A DNA stretch of 38,065 bases from a bacterium (GTDB lineage Bacteria; UBA6262; WVXT01). The position numbers were made by a program, and so were the translations under genes. Where the stretch lies: positions 1-38,065 of the forward strand of contig JBHIBS010000017.1 of NCBI GenBank assembly GCA_046759165.1, written 5' to 3'. Position 1 is the first letter of the stretch; each line of letters begins with the position of its first letter. The notes under the pieces are model-generated. The model had not been told where the DNA came from. It made no database searches and was given only the letters and a program-made list of their open reading frames with translations. Positions 27,635 to 36,407 of this stretch are shown in pieces.

Positions 27635-29383
27635 TCATCCGACATCAGCAAATGTGACCCTCATCACCTCTTCAACTGTGGTTACACCTGCCAAAAGTTT
27701 CTTGATGGCAGCCTCTCGTAAAGTTAGCATGCCACACTCTCTCGCTTTTGCCTTGATCAAATGCGTCGATTCCCTATTTATGACAAGCTCCCTTATATCG
27801 TCAGTAATTTCCATAACCTCAAAGCACGCTGTCCGTCCCCGATAACCAGTGTTACTGCAGTTATCACACCCTTTGCCCCGATACAGGGTCACTTTCTTTT
27901 CACGTTTTATCTCTTCATCTTTGACTCCGATACCTGAAAGGAAATCGGCCGGAACCTCGTAGGGTTCCTTACAATGTTTACAGATTACCCTAATTAATCT
28001 CTGAGCAACAACCATAACTACTGTTGAAGTGGTCAGGAAAGGTTCGATGCCCATATTATTCAAACGGGTCACAGCACCCGGAGCATCGTTAGTGTGAAGA
28101 GTAGAAAATACTAAGTGTCCCGTCAGTGCTGCATTAATGGCGATCTCAGCAGTCTCAGTATCCCGGATTTCACCAACCATAATTATATCCGGGTCCTGAC
28201 GCAAAAATGACCTCAGACCAGCCGCAAAAGTTAAACCGATGTCCGGTTTTGCCTGTACTTGGTTGATGCCTTGCAGGACATATTCTACAGGGTCTTCTAT
28301 GGTGATGATGTTACGGTCAGGATAATTGAGAGTGCTGAGAGTAGAATAGAGGGTGGTAGATTTACCAGAACCGGTTGGCCCTGTATCCAGGATGATTCCA
28401 TAAGGCACTTCGATATTCTTCTTGTAAATGGAAAGAACTTCTGATTCAAATCCGAGCTTGGTCAAATCGAGACACAAAGAGGAAGCATCCAGAATACGCA
28501 TAACCACTTTCTCGCCGAAGGAAGTAGGTAGAACAGAGACCCTCAGGTCAACCTCTTTATCCATCACTCTAATCTTAATTCTACCGTCCTGGGGCAAGCG
28601 GCGTTCAGCAATGTCCAGTGAAGCCATAATCTTTAACCGAGAAACAACTGCATTCTGCAATTTCTTGGGCGGGGCAGACACTTCATGTAAGACCCCATCG
28701 ATTCGATAACGCACCCTGAGCATCTTCTCATAAGGCTCGATATGGACGTCCGAAGCCCCTGATTTGACAGCTCCGGTCAAGACAAGGTTCACGATCTTAA
28801 TTACCGGCGCCTGTTCTCCAGCCGTCTCCAGAGCAATGATATCCTCTCCTCCGGACTCGCTCATTCTCACTACCTCTACATTTTCCTCACCCTCTGCCGA
28901 GAGTTCCATCTCTTTCAAGATATCTCCCATAGAGCCTTTAGCTCCATAATACCTCTCAATAGCATTCGTAATCTCACTGTCTGAGGCAATCACTACATTA
29001 ATTTCTTTCCCTGTCATCAGTCTCAGATCATCAATGGCAAAGACATTTAATGGGTCACTCATTGCTATTGTGAGGGTTTTCCCGTCAAGCGCAATTGGAA
29101 TTAGGGTTTGATGCCTTGCGACGCTCTCTGGAACACTTTTAATGACCTCTTCGTCAATTTCCCCATATTCAGATAGGCTAACGTAAGATACACCGCACTG
29201 TTTACCCAGGAAAGCTAATAAAACATCCTCAGTAATATAGCCCAGTTCCATGAGGACTTCACCCAACTTGCCTCCCCTGATTTTTTCTTCCTCTAAAGCT
29301 TCTTGCAATTGTTCGGCTGTAATTATCCCCACTTCTACTAATAAGTCACCCAATTTCTTTCTTATTGCCACACCCCTAGCCAT
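27635..29383 (-). CDS. pilB: Type IV pilus extension ATPase PilB with N-terminal MshEN-like domain
   Basis: ASDVHIEP, GPTGSGKST, RQDPD, CKHC...CDNC, GYRGR. Confidence 0.95.
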   Translation of the reverse strand: MARGVAIRKKLGDLLVEVGIITAEQLQEALEEEKIRGGKLGEVLMELGYITEDVLLAFLGKQCGVSYVSLSEYGEIDEEVIKSVPESVARHQTLIPIALDGKTLTIAMSDPLNVFAIDDLRLMTGKEINVVIASDSEITNAIERYYGAKGSMGDILKEMELSAEGEENVEVVRMSESGGEDIIALETAGEQAPVIKIVNLVLTGAVKSGASDVHIEPYEKMLRVRYRIDGVLHEVSAPPKKLQNAVVSRLKIMASLDIAERRLPQDGRIKIRVMDKEVDLRVSVLPTSFGEKVVMRILDASSLCLDLTKLGFESEVLSIYKKNIEVPYGIILDTGPTGSGKSTTLYSTLSTLNYPDRNIITIEDPVEYVLQGINQVQAKPDIGLTFAAGLRSFLRQDPDIIMVGEIRDTETAEIAINAALTGHLVFSTLHTNDAPGAVTRLNNMGIEPFLTTSTVVMVVAQRLIRVICKHCKEPYEVPADFLSGIGVKDEEIKREKKVTLYRGKGCDNCSNTGYRGRTACFEVMEITDDIRELVINRESTHLIKAKARECGMLTLREAAIKKLLAGVTTVEEVMRVTFADVG

Positions 29384-29439
29384 AGTTCCTCTAAATCCTC
29401 TCTAACCTAGAAAAGCATAAAGTAAACTTCCTAGTTTTT

Positions 29440-29468
29440 AGTATAGCATAGCCCTTTCACTTTGTCAA
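29440..29468 (-). promoter_or_regulatory. Sigma70 promoter for pilBTC, -35 embedded in the coaD 3' end
   Basis: TTGACA-17 bp-TATACT with TGn extension. Confidence 0.8.
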
Positions 29469-29948
29469 CAGCTTTATTCTCAAGCGTGCCTCAACCTGTC
29501 GAGGAACGAGTCCCTCTACCCTGCCCTTCAGGCTAACTACTTCCTTGACTATGCTCGAACTCAAGTAAGTATACGCCTCTGCAGGCATCAGGAAGACCGT
29601 TTCGATATCTGGTGCTAACTTGCGGTTCATTAATGCCATTTGAAACTCATATTCGAAGTCAGACACTGCCCGTAGTCCCCTGATGATAATATTTGCTCTC
29701 TTCTTCTTCACGTAGTCGACTAACAATCCATCGAAATGGGAGACCACAACCCCTGAAAGTCTTCTGGTTGCCTCTCCCAGCATCTGCATTCGTTCATCCA
29801 TAGAAAATAATGCTTTTTTGGTGGGATTTTCAATCACTGCCACTATTAGGCGGTCAAATAACTGAATTGCTCTTTTTATTACGTCAATGTGTCCATTGGT
29901 AACCGGATCGAAACTCCCTGGATAAACAGCAATTTTCTTCTTTCTCAT
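29457..29948 (-). CDS. coaD: Phosphopantetheine adenylyltransferase
   Basis: YPGSFDPVTNGH, RGLRAVSDFEYEFQMA, SSSIVKE; ATG 29948 after AAGGAG. Confidence 0.97.
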   Translation of the reverse strand: MRKKKIAVYPGSFDPVTNGHIDVIKRAIQLFDRLIVAVIENPTKKALFSMDERMQMLGEATRRLSGVVVSHFDGLLVDYVKKKRANIIIRGLRAVSDFEYEFQMALMNRKLAPDIETVFLMPAEAYTYLSSSIVKEVVSLKGRVEGLVPRQVEARLRIKLLTK

Positions 29949-29987
29949 TTTTTGCTCCTTCTTTATGTTTTTATTGCACAAAACTAA

Positions 29988-32051
29988 TTATCCCACACTT
30001 GCTAGGCCGAATCTCTTTCTAAATTTCTCTTTAAACATTTGTCTAATTACTCCGTTTTCCGGAAGAGTTAGAAAAGGGTCTCTATTAATCAGATGGAAGG
30101 CTGCCCGGCGTGCCAGTTCTAATTCACGATAGTCAGAAACAATATTACCAATTTTAAATTCAGGAAACCCGTGCTGTTGAGTGCCAAAGAATTCCCCAGC
30201 ACCGCGCAACCTCAAGTCCTCTTCTGCGATGCGAAATCCATTGTTAGTTTCCATCATAATTTGTAATCTTTTTTTTGCTTCCTCTGTTTTAGGTTGTCCA
30301 AGCAAAACGCAAAGGGACTGTTCAGTACCTCTCCCCACCCTTCCCCGCAATTGGTGCAGAGTAGCCAACCCAAACCTTTCGCTGTGCTCAATAACCATCA
30401 AACAGGCATTGGCCACATCGATACCCACCTCAATTATGCTAGTGGTAATCAAAATATCAAATTCCTTGTTCAAAAATTTCATCATCACGTGTTCCTTCTC
30501 TTCACTCTTCATCTGGCCGTGCAGGAGACCAACCCTGAAGTCTCTAAATACAGTAGCTATCAATCTCTCTGCCATTTTCACTGCAGCGCGTAATTCCAAC
30601 TTATCCGATTCATTAATTATTGGATAGACAATATAAGCCTGCTGTCCTTTTCTCACCCCTTCTATAACCATCAGATAAGCCTCCTCCTCAGAAAGTCTCT
30701 GGGTGAGGACCTTTCTCCTTCCAGGCGGCAATTGATCGATTACAGAAACGTCCAGATCTCCATAAACTGTTAGGGCTAATGTGCGAGGTATTGGCGTGGC
30801 TGTCATTACCAGAATATCCAGATTTTCTCCCTTCTTCCTCAACCTTGCCCTCTGCATAACTCCAAACTTATGCTGTTCGTCAATGACTGCCAGAGCTAAA
30901 TTGGAAAATTTGACCCCCTTTTCAATTAATGCGTGAGTGCCGATAATTATCTGAGATTCGCCCCGGGCAATTCTCTGGTAAAGTTCTCTCTTCCTCTTCT
31001 GTCCCATTCTCCCTGTGGCCAATTCCACTTTAACTTCTAAACCCTCTAGCATCTGGCGCAAGGTTAGATAATGTTGTTCAGCCAGAATTTCAGTGGGAGC
31101 CATCACTGCAGCCTGATACCCGTTCTCCACAGCTAAGAGAAGAGCTGCCAGCGCCACCACTGTCTTACCACTTCCCACATCTCCCTGGAGCAGCCTGTTC
31201 ATTGGCCTGGGCGATATGAGGTCATCAAAAATTTCTCTGATTACTCTTTTCTGAGCAGAGGTGAAATCGAAAGGTAACTTCTGTTTGAAGGCTGTTAAGA
31301 GATTTTTTTTCACCCGATACTTCCTATTCTTCTCCATCATCTTCACACGCCGTCTTCTCAACGCCATAGCCAATTCCCAGAAGAAAAATTCCTCAAATAT
31401 GATTCTTCTCCGGGCCGCCTCTCCCTTTTCCCAGCCGGAGGGAAAGTGCATATTATATACAGCTTCTTGATAAGGCATCAAGTTATATTCTCTGAGGATG
31501 GTTTCAGATAGGGTCTCTTTTAAATAGGAAAGGTATGAATCGAGCGCTCTCTTAATCAGCGTCCTTAAGAAACGCAGATTCAGTTTTGGGGTAACTTGAT
31601 ATATGGGGACAATTCTTTTAGTATGAATTAAGTCATCTTCTTTTCCTGCTAGTTTCTCGTAAGTAAAATTGGTAACCTGCAAATCACGAAAGGTGCGTTC
31701 AAATTTCCCGTGCAGAACAACTGAAGTGCCAGGAGGGAGGGAATCTTTCAAGTAGAGCTGGTTAAAGCAGACCATTGTTGCCCTGCTACTGCCATCTTCA
31801 AGGAGAATCTTCAGAAGGGGCTTTCCACCTTTGGTAAATGTAATCTGATGCTCGGCAACTACTGCCAGGACTGTGGCTTCTTCCCCATGGGTGATTTGTG
31901 CAAAGAGCTTCAAACGGGCGCGATCTTCATGTCGGAAGGGAAAATAAGTAACAAGGTCTCCCACTGTCTCAATGCCGATTTTCTTCAATATTCTTGCTCT
32001 CTCGGGTCCCACACCCTTCAAGAACTGAACCGACATATTCAAATCTTTCAT
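29988..32051 (-). CDS. recG: ATP-dependent DNA helicase RecG
   Basis: LKGVGP, QGDVGSGKT, DEQH, TATPIPRT, LHQLRGRVGR, DLRLRG. Confidence 0.97.
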   Translation of the reverse strand: MKDLNMSVQFLKGVGPERARILKKIGIETVGDLVTYFPFRHEDRARLKLFAQITHGEEATVLAVVAEHQITFTKGGKPLLKILLEDGSSRATMVCFNQLYLKDSLPPGTSVVLHGKFERTFRDLQVTNFTYEKLAGKEDDLIHTKRIVPIYQVTPKLNLRFLRTLIKRALDSYLSYLKETLSETILREYNLMPYQEAVYNMHFPSGWEKGEAARRRIIFEEFFFWELAMALRRRRVKMMEKNRKYRVKKNLLTAFKQKLPFDFTSAQKRVIREIFDDLISPRPMNRLLQGDVGSGKTVVALAALLLAVENGYQAAVMAPTEILAEQHYLTLRQMLEGLEVKVELATGRMGQKRKRELYQRIARGESQIIIGTHALIEKGVKFSNLALAVIDEQHKFGVMQRARLRKKGENLDILVMTATPIPRTLALTVYGDLDVSVIDQLPPGRRKVLTQRLSEEEAYLMVIEGVRKGQQAYIVYPIINESDKLELRAAVKMAERLIATVFRDFRVGLLHGQMKSEEKEHVMMKFLNKEFDILITTSIIEVGIDVANACLMVIEHSERFGLATLHQLRGRVGRGTEQSLCVLLGQPKTEEAKKRLQIMMETNNGFRIAEEDLRLRGAGEFFGTQQHGFPEFKIGNIVSDYRELELARRAAFHLINRDPFLTLPENGVIRQMFKEKFRKRFGLASVG

Positions 32052-32085
32052 GATAATTACAAAAATAGTAAGGTAGCACGCAACC

Positions 32086-32285
32086 TTTGTGGTTAAAAAG
32101 GCAGTTTATTCGTCTCTGGCAATTTTTTTAACGTTGCGGGAGCCATCTCTCCATAGATGCAAAAGCAAACTCGTTCCGACTACGTCGGAACTCGGACAAG
32201 CTTTTGCTAGATTAGAAAGATAGCCGAGATGGCTTCCTCACTAAAAATTGCAACGCTCCTCACAAACTGTCCTTTTAACTACAAA
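32086..32285. repeat. ~200-nt nested inverted-repeat element (MITE-like or structured RNA)
   Basis: Five nested arm pairs: 32086-107/32264-285, 32119-127/32243-251, 32138-149/32226-237, 32159-166/32200-207, 32173-180/32184-191. Confidence 0.8.
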
Positions 32286-32318
32286 AGATTTTTTGTGCTT
32301 TTTGATACTAAAATACTC

Positions 32319-32347
32319 TTGCAATTATTTTTATATTTTGCTAAACT
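32319..32347 (+). promoter_or_regulatory. Sigma70 promoter for rpmB
   Basis: TTGCAA-17 bp-TAAACT with TGn extension; GGGAGG SD downstream. Confidence 0.65.
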
Positions 32348-32373
32348 ACTAAAAATCTTATGGGAGGACGCAA

Positions 32374-32565
32374 TTGCCTAAGAAATGCGTAATCTGCGGT
32401 AAATCTGTGCGCTCTGGTTCCAATATCAGTCACTCCCACCACAAAACAAAACGAAAATTTAAACCCAATTTACAGAAAGTGAACATAATTCTAAATGGAA
32501 GAAAAAAGAGAGCCTACGTATGTACGCAATGCATTGCCGGAGGCAAAATCATAAAACCCGCCTGA
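32374..32565 (+). CDS. rpmB: 50S ribosomal protein bL28 (Zn-binding C+ form)
   Basis: CVICGK..GSNISHSHHKTKRKFKPNLQ..VCTQC; TTG start. Confidence 0.96.
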   Translation: MPKKCVICGKSVRSGSNISHSHHKTKRKFKPNLQKVNIILNGRKKRAYVCTQCIAGGKIIKPA

Positions 32566-32578
32566 AGTCCTTGCCAAT

Positions 32579-33565
32579 TCAAAAAATTAGACTCAAAGAA
32601 CAGAGATAACTATAAACAGGACCCTGGATACCATCGAGATAATATCTCTTGACGGCAAAATCTAAAAGATATAAGCCTCTGTTGTAACCAAAACCACAGG
32701 TATAATTCACTTTCCTCTTTTCACTCAAATTCTCACCGAACATTCCCAGCCGAAGAGAAGTATTGCGAGCAAGAATATACTCCAACCCGAAGTGGTAAAC
32801 TGCCAGGGATTTCGCACCACCATTTTCTTTTGCATAGAATCTCTGCTCAAAATCGGAAGCAAGGGTCAAAAGTTCTGCTATCTTCATCCCCATACCTACT
32901 CTGAGATTTAATGGCAAGCGATCTGAACGGTAGTCACTCCAGTAGATGTAAGCAGGACCATTCTCTAAGGAAATTCCAAGCTTGAGTAATGGTGAATGAG
33001 TGTAAATTATCCCCCAATCTAAACCCCACCCATTTCCTGTAGAGATGTTTGCGTGAGGCGGAGGGCCATCTTGAGCAATTCCCAGCGAGCCATACAGATA
33101 GCTTATATTCATGCCAAAAGAAATCTTTGAACTATAGGGAATAGCAAAGGAGAAGGTATATTTGTTGATATTAATCTCTCGCTCGGAGTAGGGGAGGTTA
33201 TCTTCTTCTCTGAAATTGGATAACGATCGCCAGCTCAACCCGCCCCGACTACTACAAAAAGATAAGTAAGTGAACCACTTGCCCTGCAAGGGCTCTCTGT
33301 TTACAATATCCTCTCTTTTCGCCCCACTCCTTGCCAGATCAAACATAAGAGTACATAGATTGCTCTCTAAGAAAACCAATCCAGCAGGATTCCAGTAAGG
33401 AGCATCGGCGTTGTCGACTAAAGCAACAAACGACTCCCCCATTCCGCTTGGCTTCGCTCCTATAGGTATGCCGTCAAAAGAATTATAGAGAATGGGAGAA
33501 GACTCTTTAGCAAAACAGAAAATAGCTGAAAAGAATATTAGAGAGACAACAATGGAAACCTTCAA
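32579..33565 (-). CDS. PorV/PorQ (FadL-like) outer-membrane beta-barrel protein
   Basis: Signal peptide, IGAKPSGMGESFVALVDNADAPYWNPAGL, amphipathic strands, C-terminal Phe. Confidence 0.75.
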   Translation of the reverse strand: MKVSIVVSLIFFSAIFCFAKESSPILYNSFDGIPIGAKPSGMGESFVALVDNADAPYWNPAGLVFLESNLCTLMFDLARSGAKREDIVNREPLQGKWFTYLSFCSSRGGLSWRSLSNFREEDNLPYSEREININKYTFSFAIPYSSKISFGMNISYLYGSLGIAQDGPPPHANISTGNGWGLDWGIIYTHSPLLKLGISLENGPAYIYWSDYRSDRLPLNLRVGMGMKIAELLTLASDFEQRFYAKENGGAKSLAVYHFGLEYILARNTSLRLGMFGENLSEKRKVNYTCGFGYNRGLYLLDFAVKRYYLDGIQGPVYSYLCSLSLIF

Positions 33566-33591
33566 TATAGTCTCCTTGAAGGAAGTTTATA

Positions 33592-34704
33592 TCATCCATT
33601 ACATTTTTTGACTATTTTCTTTATTGTTCCTCCTCCCAGGACCACATCTCCATCGTAAAAGACTAGCGCCTGACCAGGAGTAGCTGATCGAACAGGCTTT
33701 CTGAACCTGACTAATGCTCTTCCATCACCCAGAGGAGATACTACTGCTTTCTCCCCTGCGTGGTTGTATCTTATTTTAGCTACTACTTCCAGGTCTTCTT
33801 CCGCTTCTTCCTGTAATATGAAATGTAAGTCCTCTGCAATAAGTTCCTCAGAAAATAGCCCCTTTTCAGGACCCACGGCGATCCTGTTATGCTCAGGATC
33901 TATTGAAATCACATAAAAAGGTCTTCCATAAGCTCCGATTCCTCTCCTCTGACCAACAGTATAAGAAGCTATACCCTCGTGCCCACCCAGAACATTTCCG
34001 TTGACATCAACTATCTCTCCGGGAATGGAAGGGAAGTGAGAAGATAAAAATTTTCGGTAATCTCCATCTATAAAACAGATCTCTTGACTTGCTTCCTTCT
34101 CAGCTACAGACAAGCCAAATTTTTTGGCGATCTTTCGGACCTCTTCCTTCCCGTAACCTCCTAAAACCATTAAAATTCGTGCCATCTGCTCTTGTGTTAG
34201 AGTATACAAGAAGTAGGACTGTTCTCCATTCCCTTGTACTCCTTTTCTCAGAAGATATCGTCCGGACTTCTTTTCTATTCTGGCGTAATGGCCTGTGGCT
34301 AAATATTGAGCCCCTAACTCTTCTGCTTTTTCCAATAGAAGTTTGAATTTTATCTCCCGATTACAGAGAATACAGGGATTGGGAGTCCTGCCTCTCCGGT
34401 ACTCCTGGCAGAAATGGTCAATAACCTTCTCCTGAAATTCCTTCTGGAAATTTAAGACATAAAAGGGAACTTTCAACTTGAGCGCCACACTTCGCGCATC
34501 ATTGATCCCCTGTAGACTACAACAGCGATTCTTTCGGAAGGATGGATGAAGAGTCTCCTCACAAAAAGGATAGAGGTACATAGATATTCCGATTACATCG
34601 TATCCTTCCTCTTTCAGTATTGCTGCTGTAGTCGAGGAATCGACCCCGCCAGACATTGCCACCACTACTCTTTTCATCATTCGATACTCTCTTAGAAATA
34701 GCAC
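33592..34704 (-). CDS. mnmA: tRNA-specific 2-thiouridylase, C-type
   Basis: AMSGGVDS, TPNPCILCN, ATGHY, QSYFL, SQEICF, YTVGQRRG, TPGQ; start may be ATG 34680. Confidence 0.96.
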   Translation of the reverse strand: MLFLREYRMMKRVVVAMSGGVDSSTTAAILKEEGYDVIGISMYLYPFCEETLHPSFRKNRCCSLQGINDARSVALKLKVPFYVLNFQKEFQEKVIDHFCQEYRRGRTPNPCILCNREIKFKLLLEKAEELGAQYLATGHYARIEKKSGRYLLRKGVQGNGEQSYFLYTLTQEQMARILMVLGGYGKEEVRKIAKKFGLSVAEKEASQEICFIDGDYRKFLSSHFPSIPGEIVDVNGNVLGGHEGIASYTVGQRRGIGAYGRPFYVISIDPEHNRIAVGPEKGLFSEELIAEDLHFILQEEAEEDLEVVAKIRYNHAGEKAVVSPLGDGRALVRFRKPVRSATPGQALVFYDGDVVLGGGTIKKIVKKCNG

Positions 34705-34712
34705 CCTTTCTT

Positions 34713-34799
34713 CTTTTAAGCTCTTAATCTTTTAGTCTTTTAAACTCTTAGTCTTTTAGTGTTTTAAGCTTTTAGTCTTTTAGTCTGTTAAGCTCTTAT
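34713..34799. repeat. Degenerate 8-bp tandem array with 24-bp higher-order period
   Basis: CTTTTAAG CTCTTAAT CTTTTAGT / CTTTTAAA CTCTTAGT CTTTTAGT / GTTTTAAG CTTTTAGT CTTTTAGT / CTGTTAAG CTCTTAT. Confidence 0.9.
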
Positions 34800-35209
34800 C
34801 ATTCGAACTCTATCTGAATGACCCCAAGGGGACAGGCGGGTAGGCAGAGCCCACAGAGGAGGCATCTGTCCCGATCGAATTCCAATTTCCAGCTCTCTGT
34901 ATTCATTGAGAGCGCCTTTGGACTGCAGACAGCTATACACGCCCCACACGAGATACATTCCTCATCATTTAGTTTTATATCCTTGGCCAGTGGCTGGATA
35001 CCAACTTTCTTATCTTCCAGATATTTCACACCTTTATTAATTACTTCCGTGTCCCCTTCCAATTCCAGCACCATTTTCCCTTCCTCTTTAGGTGTGACCT
35101 GAGCGCGCAGGATATTTAGAACTAAATCGTAATTCTTGACCAGGCGGTAAATTATTGGTTGATCAACCAATTCGGGAGGAAAAGTTAAAACTATTCTCTT
35201 TTTCGCCAT
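34799..35209 (-). CDS. NIL domain + 2[4Fe-4S] ferredoxin (MA1822-like partner of ASA sulfurtransferase)
   Basis: PIIYRLVKNYDLVLNILRA; CISCGACIAVCS and CLLCGLCLPACP. Confidence 0.9.
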   Translation of the reverse strand: MAKKRIVLTFPPELVDQPIIYRLVKNYDLVLNILRAQVTPKEEGKMVLELEGDTEVINKGVKYLEDKKVGIQPLAKDIKLNDEECISCGACIAVCSPKALSMNTESWKLEFDRDRCLLCGLCLPACPLGVIQIEFE

Positions 35210-35227
35210 CCAAACCTCCTCAACTGC

Positions 35228-36385
35228 TCAGACATTAATGTCTAAAGGCTTAAATTTCTCATCCACCGGTAGTCGTTGAATAGGCTCTTGTAAAAAGAAT
35301 TTCCCCTTTTTAATCCAATCTTTCAGAATCTGAGCTATCTCTCTGGCTTTGTAAAGGCTGGAGAGTGGTGCAGTGGGAATTTTCTTCCCTCTTATTTCGA
35401 TTTCGCCGCTCCTTAACTCCTTATAGCTTACTCTGCCCAGACTTGGTTTTTCTCTTCTGGGAAGACTGTAATCAACCACTGTAGTATATATCTCATCGTC
35501 AGAGACGGAGACAAAATGTGCCATCTCTTCATCGAGGATAGGAATGGGTATCCCAATCCCTACAATAAGGGTAACACCATACCTGTAGAAGATTGCTGCC
35601 CTCAAAAAATTGCGGCTCATCTGTTTCAAATTGCCTATCAGACAAAGGGTACCTGCGGGAGCCATCGGTATTTTAGTTTTCTCATTCCTCACTTGGAGGG
35701 GATTATGTTGTGTTCCCTCCCAGGCAATGTAACCCTGTGCTCCGCCGAGAAATATCCTGCTCCCCACACCAATAGTGCGATATAAAGGATCGTTAATTAG
35801 AGGGGAAAGCTGTGAACAGTTACAATAATTTGCATTGCCGAAGTTTGGCAATAGAACGCCCATATATGTATAGATTGTTCTATCCGATGAGTTAGTAGCT
35901 ACTGAATAATTTTGATAAGCGTTCCTTGGATTGAAAAGAATTGCCTGATTGATTGAGCTTAAGGTAATGTAAGATTCGAATTCTTTTCTGGGATAACAAT
36001 CTGTTCCATATGCAGTAGCTTTAAGCCTCACCTTTTTACCCGAGATCAAATCCTCAATCACATGTGCCCCACCATATTCCATCCCTCTGGCCTCAGAAAG
36101 CTCAGTTGCTCCAATATAAGCATCAACTGCCGCTACCCCCGCATAAGCTGGAACATTGTTCAGCCATACCTTCTGCATCTTTATAGGCGGATCGGTATGC
36201 CCGAAATTCAGTAAAGCTCCAGAGGAACACATTGGCCCAAAGGTAGCTGTGGTTACCACGTCTACTTCCTTAGCAACTCTCTTTTCCCCTTTCCCTCTTA
36301 CGAGGTCAATAACCTCTTCAGCAGTTACCACCACGGCTTCACCCTTTCTAATCTTTTCATTAATCTCTGCAAAAGTTTTAGCCAT
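35228..36385 (-). CDS. L-aspartate semialdehyde sulfurtransferase (DUF39/COG1900, MA1821-like), homocysteine biosynthesis
   Basis: EINEKIRKGEAVVVTAEE, VDVVTTATFGPMCSSG, TDCYPR, NPRNAYQNY, GIGIPIPIL; no C-terminal CBS domains. Confidence 0.9.
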   Translation of the reverse strand: MAKTFAEINEKIRKGEAVVVTAEEVIDLVRGKGEKRVAKEVDVVTTATFGPMCSSGALLNFGHTDPPIKMQKVWLNNVPAYAGVAAVDAYIGATELSEARGMEYGGAHVIEDLISGKKVRLKATAYGTDCYPRKEFESYITLSSINQAILFNPRNAYQNYSVATNSSDRTIYTYMGVLLPNFGNANYCNCSQLSPLINDPLYRTIGVGSRIFLGGAQGYIAWEGTQHNPLQVRNEKTKIPMAPAGTLCLIGNLKQMSRNFLRAAIFYRYGVTLIVGIGIPIPILDEEMAHFVSVSDDEIYTTVVDYSLPRREKPSLGRVSYKELRSGEIEIRGKKIPTAPLSSLYKAREIAQILKDWIKKGKFFLQEPIQRLPVDEKFKPLDINV

Positions 36386-36407
36386 CCATTCCTCCTATGC
36401 AAATCTT

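Noticed and set aside
29949-29987. rsmD remnant between recG and coaD
   Set aside because: The usual neighbour is absent and the gap is too short to hold a recognisable relic
34713-34799. CRISPR array
   Set aside because: Contiguous 8-mers without spacers; no cas genes
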